This document shows positions 1-8,553 of a stretch of 47,078 nucleotides of DNA, in pieces (position 1 is the stretch's first letter; each line of letters begins with the position of its first letter). The stretch covers positions 1 through 47,078 of the IMG/VR virus record IMGVR_UViG_3300012971_000026, one strand, 5' to 3'. The translations under genes were made by a program, and so were the position numbers. The notes under the pieces are model-generated. The model worked only from the letters and a program-made list of their open reading frames with translations, had not been told where the DNA came from and did not search any database. Origin of the DNA: a virus. Lineage: Duplodnaviria > Caudoviricetes.

Positions 1-589
1 ACTGCGTGCGGATCGCGGGTAGCTCCCAGGTATCCCCGAGCGCCGCGCGCAGGTACGGCATCGCCTGGGCCTTGCTCAACCGCGCGCCCTGCCGCCAGAA
101 CGAATAAGCGAGCGCGGGCCGCACGGGCCGCACATACGGCAGCAGCGGCGGTGCATTCTTCAGGATCTGCATATCATCGCTCAGCACCGCTACGAAAAGC
201 TCGGGACGCGCCGGCAGCATCGTCTGATTCAGCGTGATCCTGGCCTCGCGCGGCAGTTTCGAAGGATCCACGATATCGATGCGGCCCTCGTAGCGCGTGG
301 CGGCCAGATACGGGCAGGTGATCAGCGCGAACTCGATGCACTCGCGGTGCCCGGGCAGATCCAGATACCACCCGTGCTCATCGAATGCGGAACGCGGCCC
401 GCCCGCGAACCACCTGAACACGCCCAGGCGCTCGCCGCACAGCGGGCAGAGTTGCTCGACGAGCGCGCGGTAATATTTCCGATCATCGTTGACGGTGAAG
501 AACGGCGTGCCATCGGTCCCGCGCACCACGTTCCAGGGTATCGGGTATCCGCGCGCGTCCCGCTCCAGGCGGGCGATGCGCGGCGGCAT
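1..589 (-). CDS. Phage hypothetical protein, Cys/His-rich, truncated at the window edge
   Basis: Manual translation from ATG 589 stays open to position 1 (MPPRIARLERDARGYPIPW...CPLCGERLG...HRECIEFALITCPYL...). Absent from the ORF track because no stop lies in the window. Confidence 0.8.
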   Translation of the reverse strand, partial: MPPRIARLERDARGYPIPWNVVRGTDGTPFFTVNDDRKYYRALVEQLCPLCGERLGVFRWFAGGPRSAFDEHGWYLDLPGHRECIEFALITCPYLAATRYEGRIDIVDPSKLPREARITLNQTMLPARPELFVAVLSDDMQILKNAPPLLPYVRPVRPALAYSFWRQGARLSKAQAMPYLRAALGDTWELPAIRTQ

Positions 590-597
590 GAGTTTTA

Positions 598-909
598 TTA
601 CAGGGGTTTGCATACCGGACACTCGCTGGTTTCGCCCTCCGGAATCGGCCTCTTGCGTCCGCACCAGGGGCAGGTTTCATCGGCCTTGAGTAGCGCGACG
701 GCCAGCCCGGGCACCTTGAAGAGGGCGCCTTCGATGCTGAACGCGCGGTTATGCGGCCAGCGCTCGCTGACGATATGCACGCCCTCGCGGGATCCGTAGA
801 TCGTGGCGGCGACTTCGCCATCGCGCACAACCTCGATGATGATCTCGTCGCGCCGATCCGGGTGGACGTGCGGCTGCTGGCGCACACGCAGGATGCTGCG
901 TTGGCTCAT
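598..909 (-). CDS. Hypothetical protein with C-terminal CxxC...CxxC zinc ribbon
   Basis: ATG 909 overlaps the upstream stop (ATGA); motifs CPWC and CPVC. Confidence 0.7.
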   Translation of the reverse strand: MSQRSILRVRQQPHVHPDRRDEIIIEVVRDGEVAATIYGSREGVHIVSERWPHNRAFSIEGALFKVPGLAVALLKADETCPWCGRKRPIPEGETSECPVCKPL

Positions 910-1124
910 GCTAAGTTCTCGTAACACGTCGGGCAGAACAACAGCCCGCCCGCCTCCGGAACGGCATCGCCCATGACTAGCGGCTCATGCCCGCATTCGA
1001 GCATCGCCTCGTGCATGTTCTCGATAAACGCAATCGGACGCTTCACCGACACCACCCGCCGCTGAAAGCGCGGGTCGCGGTATGCCGGATCGTCGCTGCG
1101 ATATTGCTTGAAGGAGTCAGTCAC
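906..1124 (-). CDS. Small hypothetical protein (CGH...CPTC)
   Basis: 72 aa ORF with GGAGG upstream; its stop is coupled to the next gene. Confidence 0.65.
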   Translation of the reverse strand: MTDSFKQYRSDDPAYRDPRFQRRVVSVKRPIAFIENMHEAMLECGHEPLVMGDAVPEAGGLLFCPTCYENLA

Positions 1125-1353
1125 TGGCCGCCCCTCCTTTTCGCTGCGCGTGGAATTCGGCCCACCGCTTCTTCTGTGCCGCGCCGATGCGTCTCCGCGC
1201 CGCTGGACTGAGAGCGCGCTTCGCGGGATGGGTGTCGTGCGCTGCGGGTTGGCCGAGCATCTTCGAAATCTTTTCGATGCTCGCCTGTATCCGGGCGCGT
1301 TCCAGTTGCATGCCCACCAGGGCCATCCGGAGTGGCTCTGTGTCGGTCTTCAT
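1117..1353 (-). CDS. Small basic putative DNA-binding/nucleoid-associated protein
   Basis: N-terminal coiled coil followed by LSPAARRRIGAAQKKRWA; ATGA-coupled start. Confidence 0.7.
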   Translation of the reverse strand: MKTDTEPLRMALVGMQLERARIQASIEKISKMLGQPAAHDTHPAKRALSPAARRRIGAAQKKRWAEFHAQRKGGAASD

Positions 1354-1604
1354 TCGTTTCGATCCTTTCGGAGTAAGTCATCTAATCGCATCGGCCTCAC
1401 CATGGCGCGCGGATCCGTGCCGATGCGCAGGGAGCGCTCATTGGGATCCGGCTCGTCGGGGAATTCAAACTCGATCATGTGGGGCGTGCCGAGCAGTTGC
1501 ATCGTGTGTTTCTCGGCCAGCAGCGCGAGATCCTCCACGTCGCTCTCGACGTGCTCCTCGAATACGCGGCGGCCGTTCTTGAATCCGCGGATGATCAGTC
1601 TCAC
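1350..1604 (-). CDS. Hypothetical protein
   Basis: GTG 1604 overlaps the upstream stop (GTGA); MRLIIRGFKNGRRVFEE... Confidence 0.65.
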   Translation of the reverse strand: MRLIIRGFKNGRRVFEEHVESDVEDLALLAEKHTMQLLGTPHMIEFEFPDEPDPNERSLRIGTDPRAMVRPMRLDDLLRKDRNE

Positions 1605-1882
1605 TGGAGCGCCTCGATCTCGTAGTGTCCGCCCGAAAAGGCTTCCACCCACGGCCCGAGCGGGTTGCCGTTGATTGCGCCGCGCAGCAGGAACATGGTG
1701 ATGCCGTGCTCCGGGTGGATCGCCAATACATCGCCCACGGTGAAGGGCGGCTTGTCGGGGAAGCCCACCGCGATGCTGCGCTGGTTGTTGCTGATGATCA
1801 GCACCTTACCTGTGGCGCTGCGGTCCTGGTGGCCGTGCGGATAGACGAGTACCTGCTGCCCCTTGGTGAAGGTAACGTTCAT
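1601..1882 (-). CDS. Hypothetical protein
   Basis: 93 aa ORF, ATGA-coupled start, GAGGAGAGG upstream. Confidence 0.7.
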   Translation of the reverse strand: MNVTFTKGQQVLVYPHGHQDRSATGKVLIISNNQRSIAVGFPDKPPFTVGDVLAIHPEHGITMFLLRGAINGNPLGPWVEAFSGGHYEIEALQ

Positions 1883-2106
1883 ATGCGCGCCTCTCCTCGC
1901 TCGTAGGCCGCGCGCGACGAGTACCAGCCGCGCATGGACTTGCCACCCCAGGCCTTCACCTTCTCATCCACATCCACGTAGTAAAACCCGTCGATGGGAC
2001 ACGTCACCGCCAACGAGCAGATCCCCACCACGCAGGTGCGCCCGCAGCCGGGGCACTCGCTGATGCTGGTGTCGCTCCAGATCAGCGTGCTCACGTTTCC
2101 CTCCAT
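1879..2106 (-). CDS. Small Cys-rich hypothetical protein
   Basis: CPGC...C...CP pattern; alternative GTG start at 2094 overlaps the upstream stop. Confidence 0.6.
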   Translation of the reverse strand: MEGNVSTLIWSDTSISECPGCGRTCVVGICSLAVTCPIDGFYYVDVDEKVKAWGGKSMRGWYSSRAAYERGEARI

Positions 2107-2348
2107 GCCGCGCCCGCCGCCGTTTCCGCCGCGATTTCGGTTAGCTCGAATTTTGCCAGCCGGATCTTTTTACCGAATTGCGCCGCCTGGATTTCCATCT
2201 GCGGTTTCAATCTCGCAATCTTGTGTAGATCGAAATCCATGGCAACCAGCGCGATGCAGCCCGCCGCCGTCATGCCCTGCTTCAGCCCGATGCGCCCGCT
2301 GCCGTACTCGTCCTCGCCCACCCAGGCGTAAAGCGCGAGTTTCTTCAT
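2091..2348 (-). CDS. Hypothetical protein
   Basis: ATG 2348 with ATGA overlap; MKKLALYAWVGEDE... Confidence 0.7.
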   Translation of the reverse strand: MKKLALYAWVGEDEYGSGRIGLKQGMTAAGCIALVAMDFDLHKIARLKPQMEIQAAQFGKKIRLAKFELTEIAAETAAGAAWRET

Positions 2349-2560
2349 CGCCGGGGTGCCCTCACTTCCCCCACGCGCGGGCAGGTAGTCCAGTCGATGG
2401 GCCTGCCGTCGATCTCCAGCTTGCACGGCGAGAACGCGTCCACAATCAGCGCGCACTGGTTTCCGCGCGAATCGAACAGAATAAACGGCGGGGCCTTGGC
2501 CGCGCGCGAGCGCGTCGGGTAAAACTGATGCCCATAAAACGGACAATTGGGTTGCTCCAT
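2345..2560 (-). CDS. Small Cys-containing hypothetical protein
   Basis: 71 aa ORF, strong GGAGGAG ribosome-binding site. Confidence 0.7.
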   Translation of the reverse strand: MEQPNCPFYGHQFYPTRSRAAKAPPFILFDSRGNQCALIVDAFSPCKLEIDGRPIDWTTCPRVGEVRAPRR

Positions 2561-2563
2561 TCG

Positions 2564-3154
2564 CTACTCCTCCCGCGCCAGCTGCGCGCGCATCTCCACC
2601 AACTCCTCCAGCACTTTTTTCGGATCGCGTCCGAATAGCTTCGTACGCGCCCGATCATCGATATCGGCCACCGCCACGAAGGTAACCTCGGGGCGCGCGT
2701 CGGGCTTCAACTCCTGGATGTACATGCAGGCGCGCTCGGGCGTCTGCGCGGTGGCATACCACGCATCGCTCAACTCGAGTAGGCCATCGCGCACGGCCCG
2801 GTGATGCACCGAGTGCGGGCCGTCGAGAACCTTCTCCTGCTCCTCGCGCGGCAGCTTGTTGAAGGCCGCAGTGGGTTTGAATAGATGAGTCCCCGTCACA
2901 AACACGATGGCGTCGGGTGGGCGCAGCGCGACGCACAGTTGCAAGATGCCGAAGCCGATATCCTTCCTGGCCCCGGAGTTCAGCCAGTCAGTACCGAGCG
3001 CGTTTACGATCTCGGCCTCGATCTTACTCATGCGGTGCACGCCCTCGCCCGCGTGGTAAGTTGCCACGAGGAAATTGAATTTGCCCTGCTCCTGATCGCG
3101 CTTCGCCATATTGAGCGCCTGGGCGGCGATGCCTTGCAGTTCGGGATCCGTCAT
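2564..3154 (-). CDS. Hypothetical protein
   Basis: ATG 3154 with ATGA overlap; 196 aa from MTDPELQGIAAQ. Confidence 0.75.
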   Translation of the reverse strand: MTDPELQGIAAQALNMAKRDQEQGKFNFLVATYHAGEGVHRMSKIEAEIVNALGTDWLNSGARKDIGFGILQLCVALRPPDAIVFVTGTHLFKPTAAFNKLPREEQEKVLDGPHSVHHRAVRDGLLELSDAWYATAQTPERACMYIQELKPDARPEVTFVAVADIDDRARTKLFGRDPKKVLEELVEMRAQLAREE

Positions 3155-3456
3155 GATCGGGAGCCTTTCAGAAACCGCGCCGTCATAGCTTGCTGGCGTT
3201 CGCATTCGTCCATGAACGCCTTGGCTACCTCCCGCGTGGCGAACCGCGTCGCGCCCACTTCCACATGCCAATCGCGCGAACGGCAGATGCCGCACCAGGG
3301 ATTCATCAGTTTCTCGGCGACAGCGCATTGCGCCGCCGCGCGCAACTTTTCCCCGAGTTCCTTGGCGTCCTCCAGCGATTCATACTCCCCGTACGCGCCC
3401 AAGATGCAGTGCCGCTCGGGGCAGAGCAGTTGCGCGATATAGACTTTCATATCCAA
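3151..3456 (-). CDS. Hypothetical protein (CPERHC...CGIC)
   Basis: About 100 aa; likely start ATG 3450 overlapping the upstream stop. Confidence 0.7.
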   Translation of the reverse strand: MDMKVYIAQLLCPERHCILGAYGEYESLEDAKELGEKLRAAAQCAVAEKLMNPWCGICRSRDWHVEVGATRFATREVAKAFMDECERQQAMTARFLKGSRS

Positions 3457-3668
3457 GTCTCCACCAGCCGGGGATCGTCCCCGTGCTTCCTGCCTAAGTT
3501 CGTCAAGTTCGCCGGCAGCATCGCCCGCACCGAATCCAACGTTTGCCCGCGCGCGAAGGGTTCCCCGTTATCGATGGGCCTCACCGCGCCCCGCGCCGCC
3601 CGCCAGCGGCGGCACACGAATTCATGCGGGTAGTCGGAGGGGTGATCATAGATCGCGTAGAAGATCAT
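3447..3668 (-). CDS. Small phage hypothetical protein (IYDHPSDYP...DDPRLVETWI)
   Basis: ATG 3668 with ATGA overlap and GGAGG RBS. Confidence 0.75.
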   Translation of the reverse strand: MIFYAIYDHPSDYPHEFVCRRWRAARGAVRPIDNGEPFARGQTLDSVRAMLPANLTNLGRKHGDDPRLVETWI

Positions 3669-3988
3669 CGTCCCTCCACGTTTGCGACCATGCGGGCCAC
3701 GGCTTCCTTCACCCGCTCCCGCAGTTCCGCGCCTTTCAGATCGTCGCCTTCCACGATCTCGGCAGCGATCAGCCGCAACTGCGGCGGGATCGGTACGCCG
3801 CGCGCGGACACTACCAGGAGCGGTTTCGACATGAGCACGGCCAGCCCGATCTGTAGGGCTAGCGCGATGTCGGTACGGCCCGCGTGCAGGGCGATTACGC
3901 AAAAAACGCTGTCGCGGATTTTCGGCCCCACATCATCGGCCACGCTTTTCAAGAATTTCTCGATCTCCTCTTCCGTTATTTGCTTCAT
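3665..3988 (-). CDS. Hypothetical protein
   Basis: 107 aa ORF whose stop is coupled to the next gene. Confidence 0.7.
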   Translation of the reverse strand: MKQITEEEIEKFLKSVADDVGPKIRDSVFCVIALHAGRTDIALALQIGLAVLMSKPLLVVSARGVPIPPQLRLIAAEIVEGDDLKGAELRERVKEAVARMVANVEGR

Positions 3989-3996
3989 AGGCGCTA

Positions 3997-4035
3997 TAAA
4001 AACGGCGGGCCGCCCAGGTATCGGGCTAACCCGCC
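3997..4035 (-). terminator. Putative intrinsic terminator
   Basis: Minus strand GGCGGGTTAGCCC-GATACCT-GGGCGGCCCGCC followed by GTTTTTAT. Confidence 0.5.
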
Positions 4036-4068
4036 AGTCCCCCTTTTGGATCGTCAGCGCTTAGGGCT

Positions 4069-4350
4069 TCACGCCGTCCGCGACAGCGGCATGACGTGTT
4101 CCCGGTGTTGCTTTTGTGGCGATAGCCCGTATGCTTCCGCGTCAAAATATCGTGTCAATGGCGCATCGGGATTCTGCCGGACAATGCTCGTCTGCTGGAA
4201 CTCGTGCCACGCCTGCCGCCCGGCGCGGGTGATGTGAAACCCCCTGCCGGGACGGTACCGCTGCGCTTCCCAATCCTTCATGAAAAACTCGCTGCCGCGC
4301 TCGGCGAAGATCCGCAACATGGGGAATTGCCGATTTGAAAGGCGCGTCAT
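4069..4350 (-). CDS. Hypothetical protein
   Basis: 93 aa ORF, TGATG-coupled to the upstream gene. Confidence 0.65.
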   Translation of the reverse strand: MTRLSNRQFPMLRIFAERGSEFFMKDWEAQRYRPGRGFHITRAGRQAWHEFQQTSIVRQNPDAPLTRYFDAEAYGLSPQKQHREHVMPLSRTA

Positions 4351-4757
4351 CAGGCCACCGCCAGCCTAACGGAAGGCAAAGACGCGGCCCGCTTGGCAGC
4401 CATCGCCGCGCGCGCCTTGGCCGCGTTGGCCGCGAGCTTCCTGCGCGCCGCCACGGTTAGCGTTTTCCTGGGTTTGGGGGATGCCGCCGCCGCCCGTTCG
4501 CGGTTCTTGGCAGCGACTTTTCGCCGCCGCCGCATCTCGCGCTTGCGTTCGGCTGGATCGGCGGGCCAGTTGGACCCTCTGTTTAACTTACGTGCGGGGG
4601 GGGGGGCGATTACCTTAGCGGGTTCTTGCAGCCCGGCCAGCTGCGCTCGTAACTGATCTATCTGCCCTTGCATTAGATCGAGCATATGCTGCATTCCGGG
4701 GAGTAGCGCGGCCAGCCCCATTTGCGCATAGCGCGATGTTTCTGGATCGATCTTCAT
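4350..4757 (-). CDS. Basic Ala/Arg/Lys-rich putative DNA-binding protein containing a C11 homopolymer
   Basis: Coiled-coil N-terminus and LTVAARRKLAANAAKARAA tail; GGAG RBS. Confidence 0.7.
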   Translation of the reverse strand: MKIDPETSRYAQMGLAALLPGMQHMLDLMQGQIDQLRAQLAGLQEPAKVIAPPPARKLNRGSNWPADPAERKREMRRRRKVAAKNRERAAAASPKPRKTLTVAARRKLAANAAKARAAMAAKRAASLPSVRLAVA

Positions 4758-4828
4758 GTGATGTGTTCTCCAACGTTGATTTCTGCGGTGTCAAGTGGCC
4801 GAACGGCCACCGTACCCTTATGCTGGCC

Positions 4829-4859
4829 ATTATAGTACTGCAAATTGGCACGGAGTCTA
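4829..4859 (-). promoter_or_regulatory. Possible leftward sigma70-type promoter
   Basis: Minus strand TAGACT-N19-TATAAT in an AT-richer intergenic gap; the spacer is suboptimal. A 7-bp inverted repeat GTGGCCG-AA-CGGCCAC (4795-4810) lies downstream. Confidence 0.35.
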
Positions 4860-4932
4860 CACATAGTTAACAGCGGAATGTACGGATACTCGCCACTGGA
4901 TATATGCTGTGCGGGCCGCTGTCAGTTTTCCG

Positions 4933-5988
4933 TCAAGCGGCTTCGAAACACTCTCGAATCAACAGCGGCACGAAGCCCCAGGAGCGCATGGCGGCGAATT
5001 TGCCGCGCTTGAAGAGCGCCACCAGGGCGGCGTGAATCGTCCCGGCGTCGGCCCCGCCGCCCGCGTCCAGCACTTGCCGCAAAAGCGCATCGTCGGGCGC
5101 GCGCATGTGCGCCGCGTCAGCTAACTGCTTGAGAGAGTCCCGGATTAGTCCTACATCGTTGCACGCGTGCGGCCAAAAGTCCACGGGGCCGCTAGGAGCC
5201 TTCGGGCGCTCGGGGGTGCTGGTTAGCGGCGCGGAAGGGGCGTGAGCGGCCTTGGCGGCCCCAGGAATTCCAGGAAGCGGCAATTGCCGGGTGGCCCCGT
5301 TGGGCGACGCGGCGCGTTTTGGCGGGATGGGTTCGGGCCTAGGGATATGTCCCGTGGGGATCTTTCCGGGGCGCGTGTCCCGTGCCGGTGGCTGGCGCTT
5401 CGCGGCGGATCGCGGCGGCGCGGCAGCGCGTTGCGTTCGGCGCTTGGGCTTTTGCAGCACCGGCGGCGGCGCGTTTTCCACGGCTGCTTCCTTTCCCCCG
5501 AACCCCCTATCCTTGGACGCCGCCGCTCCGTCCCTTTCCATTACCCATTCCCCATTACCCACCGGGCTCGTCGAGGAAAAGGATGAGCCTTGGCTGTGCC
5601 TAGGCTGTGCTTTTGCGCGAGCACCTTTATTTATAGGGCGCGCAGCGGGTGGCGCGGGGATCTCGCTAGCGGCTTCGCGCTGGTGCGGATGCTGGTGTTT
5701 TTTCCACTTCGAAATCTGAATAAACCGCTCGCCGCCGCTCTCATACCTGTGGATAAAGCGCTTCGCGGCGAGCAATTCCAGCAGTTTATCCACATCTTTC
5801 CAACAGATTTCGTCCCACATCGGCATGGCTTCGGCCTTGATGCGCTTGGGGCGATCTTCCAGGCGGCCTTCGCGATCCGCGAGCATCCAGAGACTGGTAA
5901 AGAGAATGTAGGCGGGCATCCCCAACTCACAGAGATCCTCGTTCGTCATGATTCCGGGTTTGATGTAACGTGTCCTGGCTCTTGCCAT
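4933..5988 (-). CDS. Phage replication initiator / replisome organiser-like protein
   Basis: N-terminus MARARTRYIKPG...LWMLADREGRLEDRPKRIKAE is typical of phage replication proteins; long Pro-rich linker; adjacent to VRR-NUC. Confidence 0.75.
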   Translation of the reverse strand: MARARTRYIKPGIMTNEDLCELGMPAYILFTSLWMLADREGRLEDRPKRIKAEAMPMWDEICWKDVDKLLELLAAKRFIHRYESGGERFIQISKWKKHQHPHQREAASEIPAPPAARPINKGARAKAQPRHSQGSSFSSTSPVGNGEWVMERDGAAASKDRGFGGKEAAVENAPPPVLQKPKRRTQRAAAPPRSAAKRQPPARDTRPGKIPTGHIPRPEPIPPKRAASPNGATRQLPLPGIPGAAKAAHAPSAPLTSTPERPKAPSGPVDFWPHACNDVGLIRDSLKQLADAAHMRAPDDALLRQVLDAGGGADAGTIHAALVALFKRGKFAAMRSWGFVPLLIRECFEAA

Positions 5989-6353
5989 GGGAACCTCGCT
6001 TGGTGTTCAGCGAGCCACGCCTTCAGCTGCTCGACGCTTTCCACAATCGCGATGGGAAGGTGGTAGCCTAGACGTAGTTCGATGTGTTTCTGGATTTGGC
6101 CCGGCGAGGGAGTCTCACCGGGCCTTTTGACTTCCAGGAGGAAGCCGGGGAATCGTTCGTGCAGCACCGAGTAATCCGGCGTGCCCTTGTCGGCACCGCG
6201 GATCCATCGCCGGCCGTCAGCGCTCTTGAATGTCCCGGTGTGGATGCGGATCGGTAGCCACTGGCGGAAGCGCAGGTAATCGAGACACGCAGCCTCGACA
6301 TCGTTCTCCGATAGTTTGGGCGGTTTAGGATGACGTAGCCGAAACCCGCTCAA
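5946..6353 (-). CDS. VRR-NUC domain nuclease (putative Holliday junction resolvase)
   Basis: SENDVE...KGTPD...LEVKRPG...SPGQ PD-(D/E)xK motifs. Confidence 0.85.
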   Translation of the reverse strand: MSGFRLRHPKPPKLSENDVEAACLDYLRFRQWLPIRIHTGTFKSADGRRWIRGADKGTPDYSVLHERFPGFLLEVKRPGETPSPGQIQKHIELRLGYHLPIAIVESVEQLKAWLAEHQARFPWQEPGHVTSNPES

Positions 6354-6531
6354 TGTTGATTACCTCTACCTCGGGCGCGTGGGCGGCCAGGAAGCTCCGC
6401 AGCGCTGTCCATTCGGCGGGGCGCAGCTGCACCACGCCGCAAACGGTCCACTCCTCGCGCTTGATCATCAGGCGCGCGTAGACGCCGCCGAGCGGGGGCA
6501 GCGTCGTGTAGTATTCCAGGCGCAGGTTCAA
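6325..6531 (-). CDS. Hypothetical protein
   Basis: TTG 6531 overlaps the upstream stop; GGAGGG upstream. Confidence 0.55.
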   Translation of the reverse strand: MNLRLEYYTTLPPLGGVYARLMIKREEWTVCGVVQLRPAEWTALRSFLAAHAPEVEVINIERVSATSS

Positions 6532-6863
6532 GCGGGCACGCCCTCCATGAGCCTCTTCATTTCGATCCGGCAACCGGAGCAAATCCGGTTCATGGTGTCG
6601 TCATCGTCCAGTTGAACGGTGCCGCGCCGCTGGCGGCTGAGTGTCAGCGGAGTGCCGCAGAATCCCTTGTCGGTATTGAACATGAGCAGGTGGCGCTTGC
6701 CGTTGGCGTCCAGGTAGGTGACAAGCTCGCAATGGCCCTGGCGCACGCGGGCAAGGTATTCGCCCTGGGCGGCCAGGACCGCCGCGTCATTGCGGCGAAT
6801 GGCGCACGCGGGGCAGGCGACAAGGTTATCGGGGATGGAATTGTGGCAGGTGGCGCAAAGCAT
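6528..6863 (-). CDS. Zinc-finger hypothetical protein
   Basis: CATC...CPAC and H...C...CSGC motifs; GGAG RBS. Confidence 0.7.
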   Translation of the reverse strand: MLCATCHNSIPDNLVACPACAIRRNDAAVLAAQGEYLARVRQGHCELVTYLDANGKRHLLMFNTDKGFCGTPLTLSRQRRGTVQLDDDDTMNRICSGCRIEMKRLMEGVPA

Positions 6864-6872
6864 AGGGACTCC

Positions 6873-6912
6873 AAAGCGAAACCGCCGCGCTGGAAAGTCC
6901 AGGCGCGGCGGT
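6873..6912 (-). terminator. Strong hairpin / putative intrinsic terminator downstream of the integrase
   Basis: ACCGCCGCGC-C-TGGA-CTT-TCCA-GCGCGGCGGT followed by TTCGCTTT on the minus strand. Confidence 0.55.
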
Positions 6913-6939
6913 GGGTGAATCGGTGGGCGGGCGGGTGGT

Positions 6940-8553
6940 TCATGCCACCCGCGCCCGAATCGTTAGCGTGAAGAAACTGTTAACGGGAGGTTGCTCCTGT
7001 AAACAGTTTTCCACCCGGCGCAGCGGAATCCGTAGATCGATTTCCGCCTCGCCTTCTTTGTAGGTAACGCGGCTGACGGCCCGCTGCAGGATCTGCTGCC
7101 GTTCGCCGCGTTCTTCGGTAGTGAGCGCCAGCCGTATGGCCGTGAGCGCTTCGCCGTCCAGGCCCGCGTCCGATGACGGCGCCTTGGCTTCAAGCTCGCG
7201 GGACAACTCGCTGCGTTGCGCCCGCGTCTCGCGGATCTCGTCCGCGTAGAGTTGCTCGGTTTCGGGATCCTCGGCGTCGAGCGCCGCGCGCCGCGCCTTG
7301 AATTCCCGCTGCTTCAACTCCTCGATCCGCGCCTTCAACCGGGCAAGCTCCCGGGCGTTGGGCGCGGGCGATAGCTGCTTGCGGCGGGCGTTGACGGCCC
7401 GCGCGAGATCGCTATTGACGGCGGCGACCACCGCATCCCACACCGAGCCTTCGAGCGCACCGCCGCGCACGTGGGTCGCTCCGCAGATGTACTTGCCCGT
7501 GGCCCGGTCCCGATTGGCGCAAATGTAGCGCACGACTCCGCGATCCAACCAGCCGTTGCACCGCTTGCCGCAGGTGCCGCACCACAACAGCCCTTTGAGC
7601 AGGTAGCGATCCGAAGGCCGCCCGCCGAGCGAGTTGACGTTGCGCGCCACCTGATTGCTGACGCGCGCGAATACCTCGGCGTCTACGATGTCATCCACCT
7701 TCACCGCGATCCATTCCGACGCGGGCCGAACCTTGGCGCTGGTGCGGCGGCGGTGACGAATCTTTTCTGGCTTGCGGATCTTTTCTGGATTCGGTTCCAC
7801 GGCTTGGCGCTTATTATAGTGCCACTCGCCGATGTACGTCCGGTTGCGCAGCATATTACTCAGTACCGCGCAATTCCAATTTGATCGGGGCGGCTTCACG
7901 GCTTCGGCGTTCAACGTCCGCAGGATCCCGCGCAGGCTTTTGCCCTTGGCGGCGAGCGCGAAAATGCGGCGTACGATGGCGGCCTGCTCGGGCACCACTA
8001 CCAGCGCGTTGACGCCCTCGGCCTTGGTAACGAATCGGTACCCGTAGGGCGCGTGGCCCCCGTTGGGCTTGCCTTCGCGGATCTTCTGCAACGTGCAAAT
8101 CCGCGAGCGCCATTTAATGTTTGCCTTCTCGTACTCGGCGATGGATAGCTTGACGTTGAGTTGCAGCATGAAGTTGGCGTCATCGCGGAAGCGCCCCAAG
8201 TCGCCGAATACCACATCGCCGCCCGCCGCTCGAATTTTGGCGATGAGCGCGCGGCCCCCTGGCAAGTCCCTGGCAAAACGATCCGTGTTCAAGAAGGTAA
8301 CGGCCTTCGCCTTGCCCGCCTGCACCAGCCGCAGCGCCTGGGCAATCGCCGGGCGGCTCCAGTCGTCTCCCTCGAAACCGTCATCGAAAAGGATGAAACC
8401 CTCGGGGACGCGGAACCCTTCCCGGGCCGCGATCTCCTTGAGCATTTCGGCCTGGGCCTTCAGCGAGTACCCGTGCTTCGCCTGCTTATCTTCCAGGCTC
8501 ACCCGCGCCACCGCGCAGCTGATCGGTTGATCCATCGGTGTCGGTGCCTTCAT
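6940..8553 (-). CDS. int: Large serine recombinase (phage integrase)
   Basis: Catalytic ARVS...Q motif, DRFAR, recombinase domain (GHAPYGY...RNRTYIG), zinc ribbon (YLLKGLLWCGTCG...YIC) and coiled coil. Confidence 0.95.
   Translation of the reverse strand: MKAPTPMDQPISCAVARVSLEDKQAKHGYSLKAQAEMLKEIAAREGFRVPEGFILFDDGFEGDDWSRPAIAQALRLVQAGKAKAVTFLNTDRFARDLPGGRALIAKIRAAGGDVVFGDLGRFRDDANFMLQLNVKLSIAEYEKANIKWRSRICTLQKIREGKPNGGHAPYGYRFVTKAEGVNALVVVPEQAAIVRRIFALAAKGKSLRGILRTLNAEAVKPPRSNWNCAVLSNMLRNRTYIGEWHYNKRQAVEPNPEKIRKPEKIRHRRRTSAKVRPASEWIAVKVDDIVDAEVFARVSNQVARNVNSLGGRPSDRYLLKGLLWCGTCGKRCNGWLDRGVVRYICANRDRATGKYICGATHVRGGALEGSVWDAVVAAVNSDLARAVNARRKQLSPAPNARELARLKARIEELKQREFKARRAALDAEDPETEQLYADEIRETRAQRSELSRELEAKAPSSDAGLDGEALTAIRLALTTEERGERQQILQRAVSRVTYKEGEAEIDLRIPLRRVENCLQEQPPVNSFFTLTIRARVA
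6968..7014. other. Candidate attP site inside the integrase 3' end
   Basis: Imperfect inverted repeat AAACTGTTAACGGGAG-GTTG-CTCCTGTAAACAGTTT (14/16 matches), centred on TT at 6991-6992. Confidence 0.65.
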
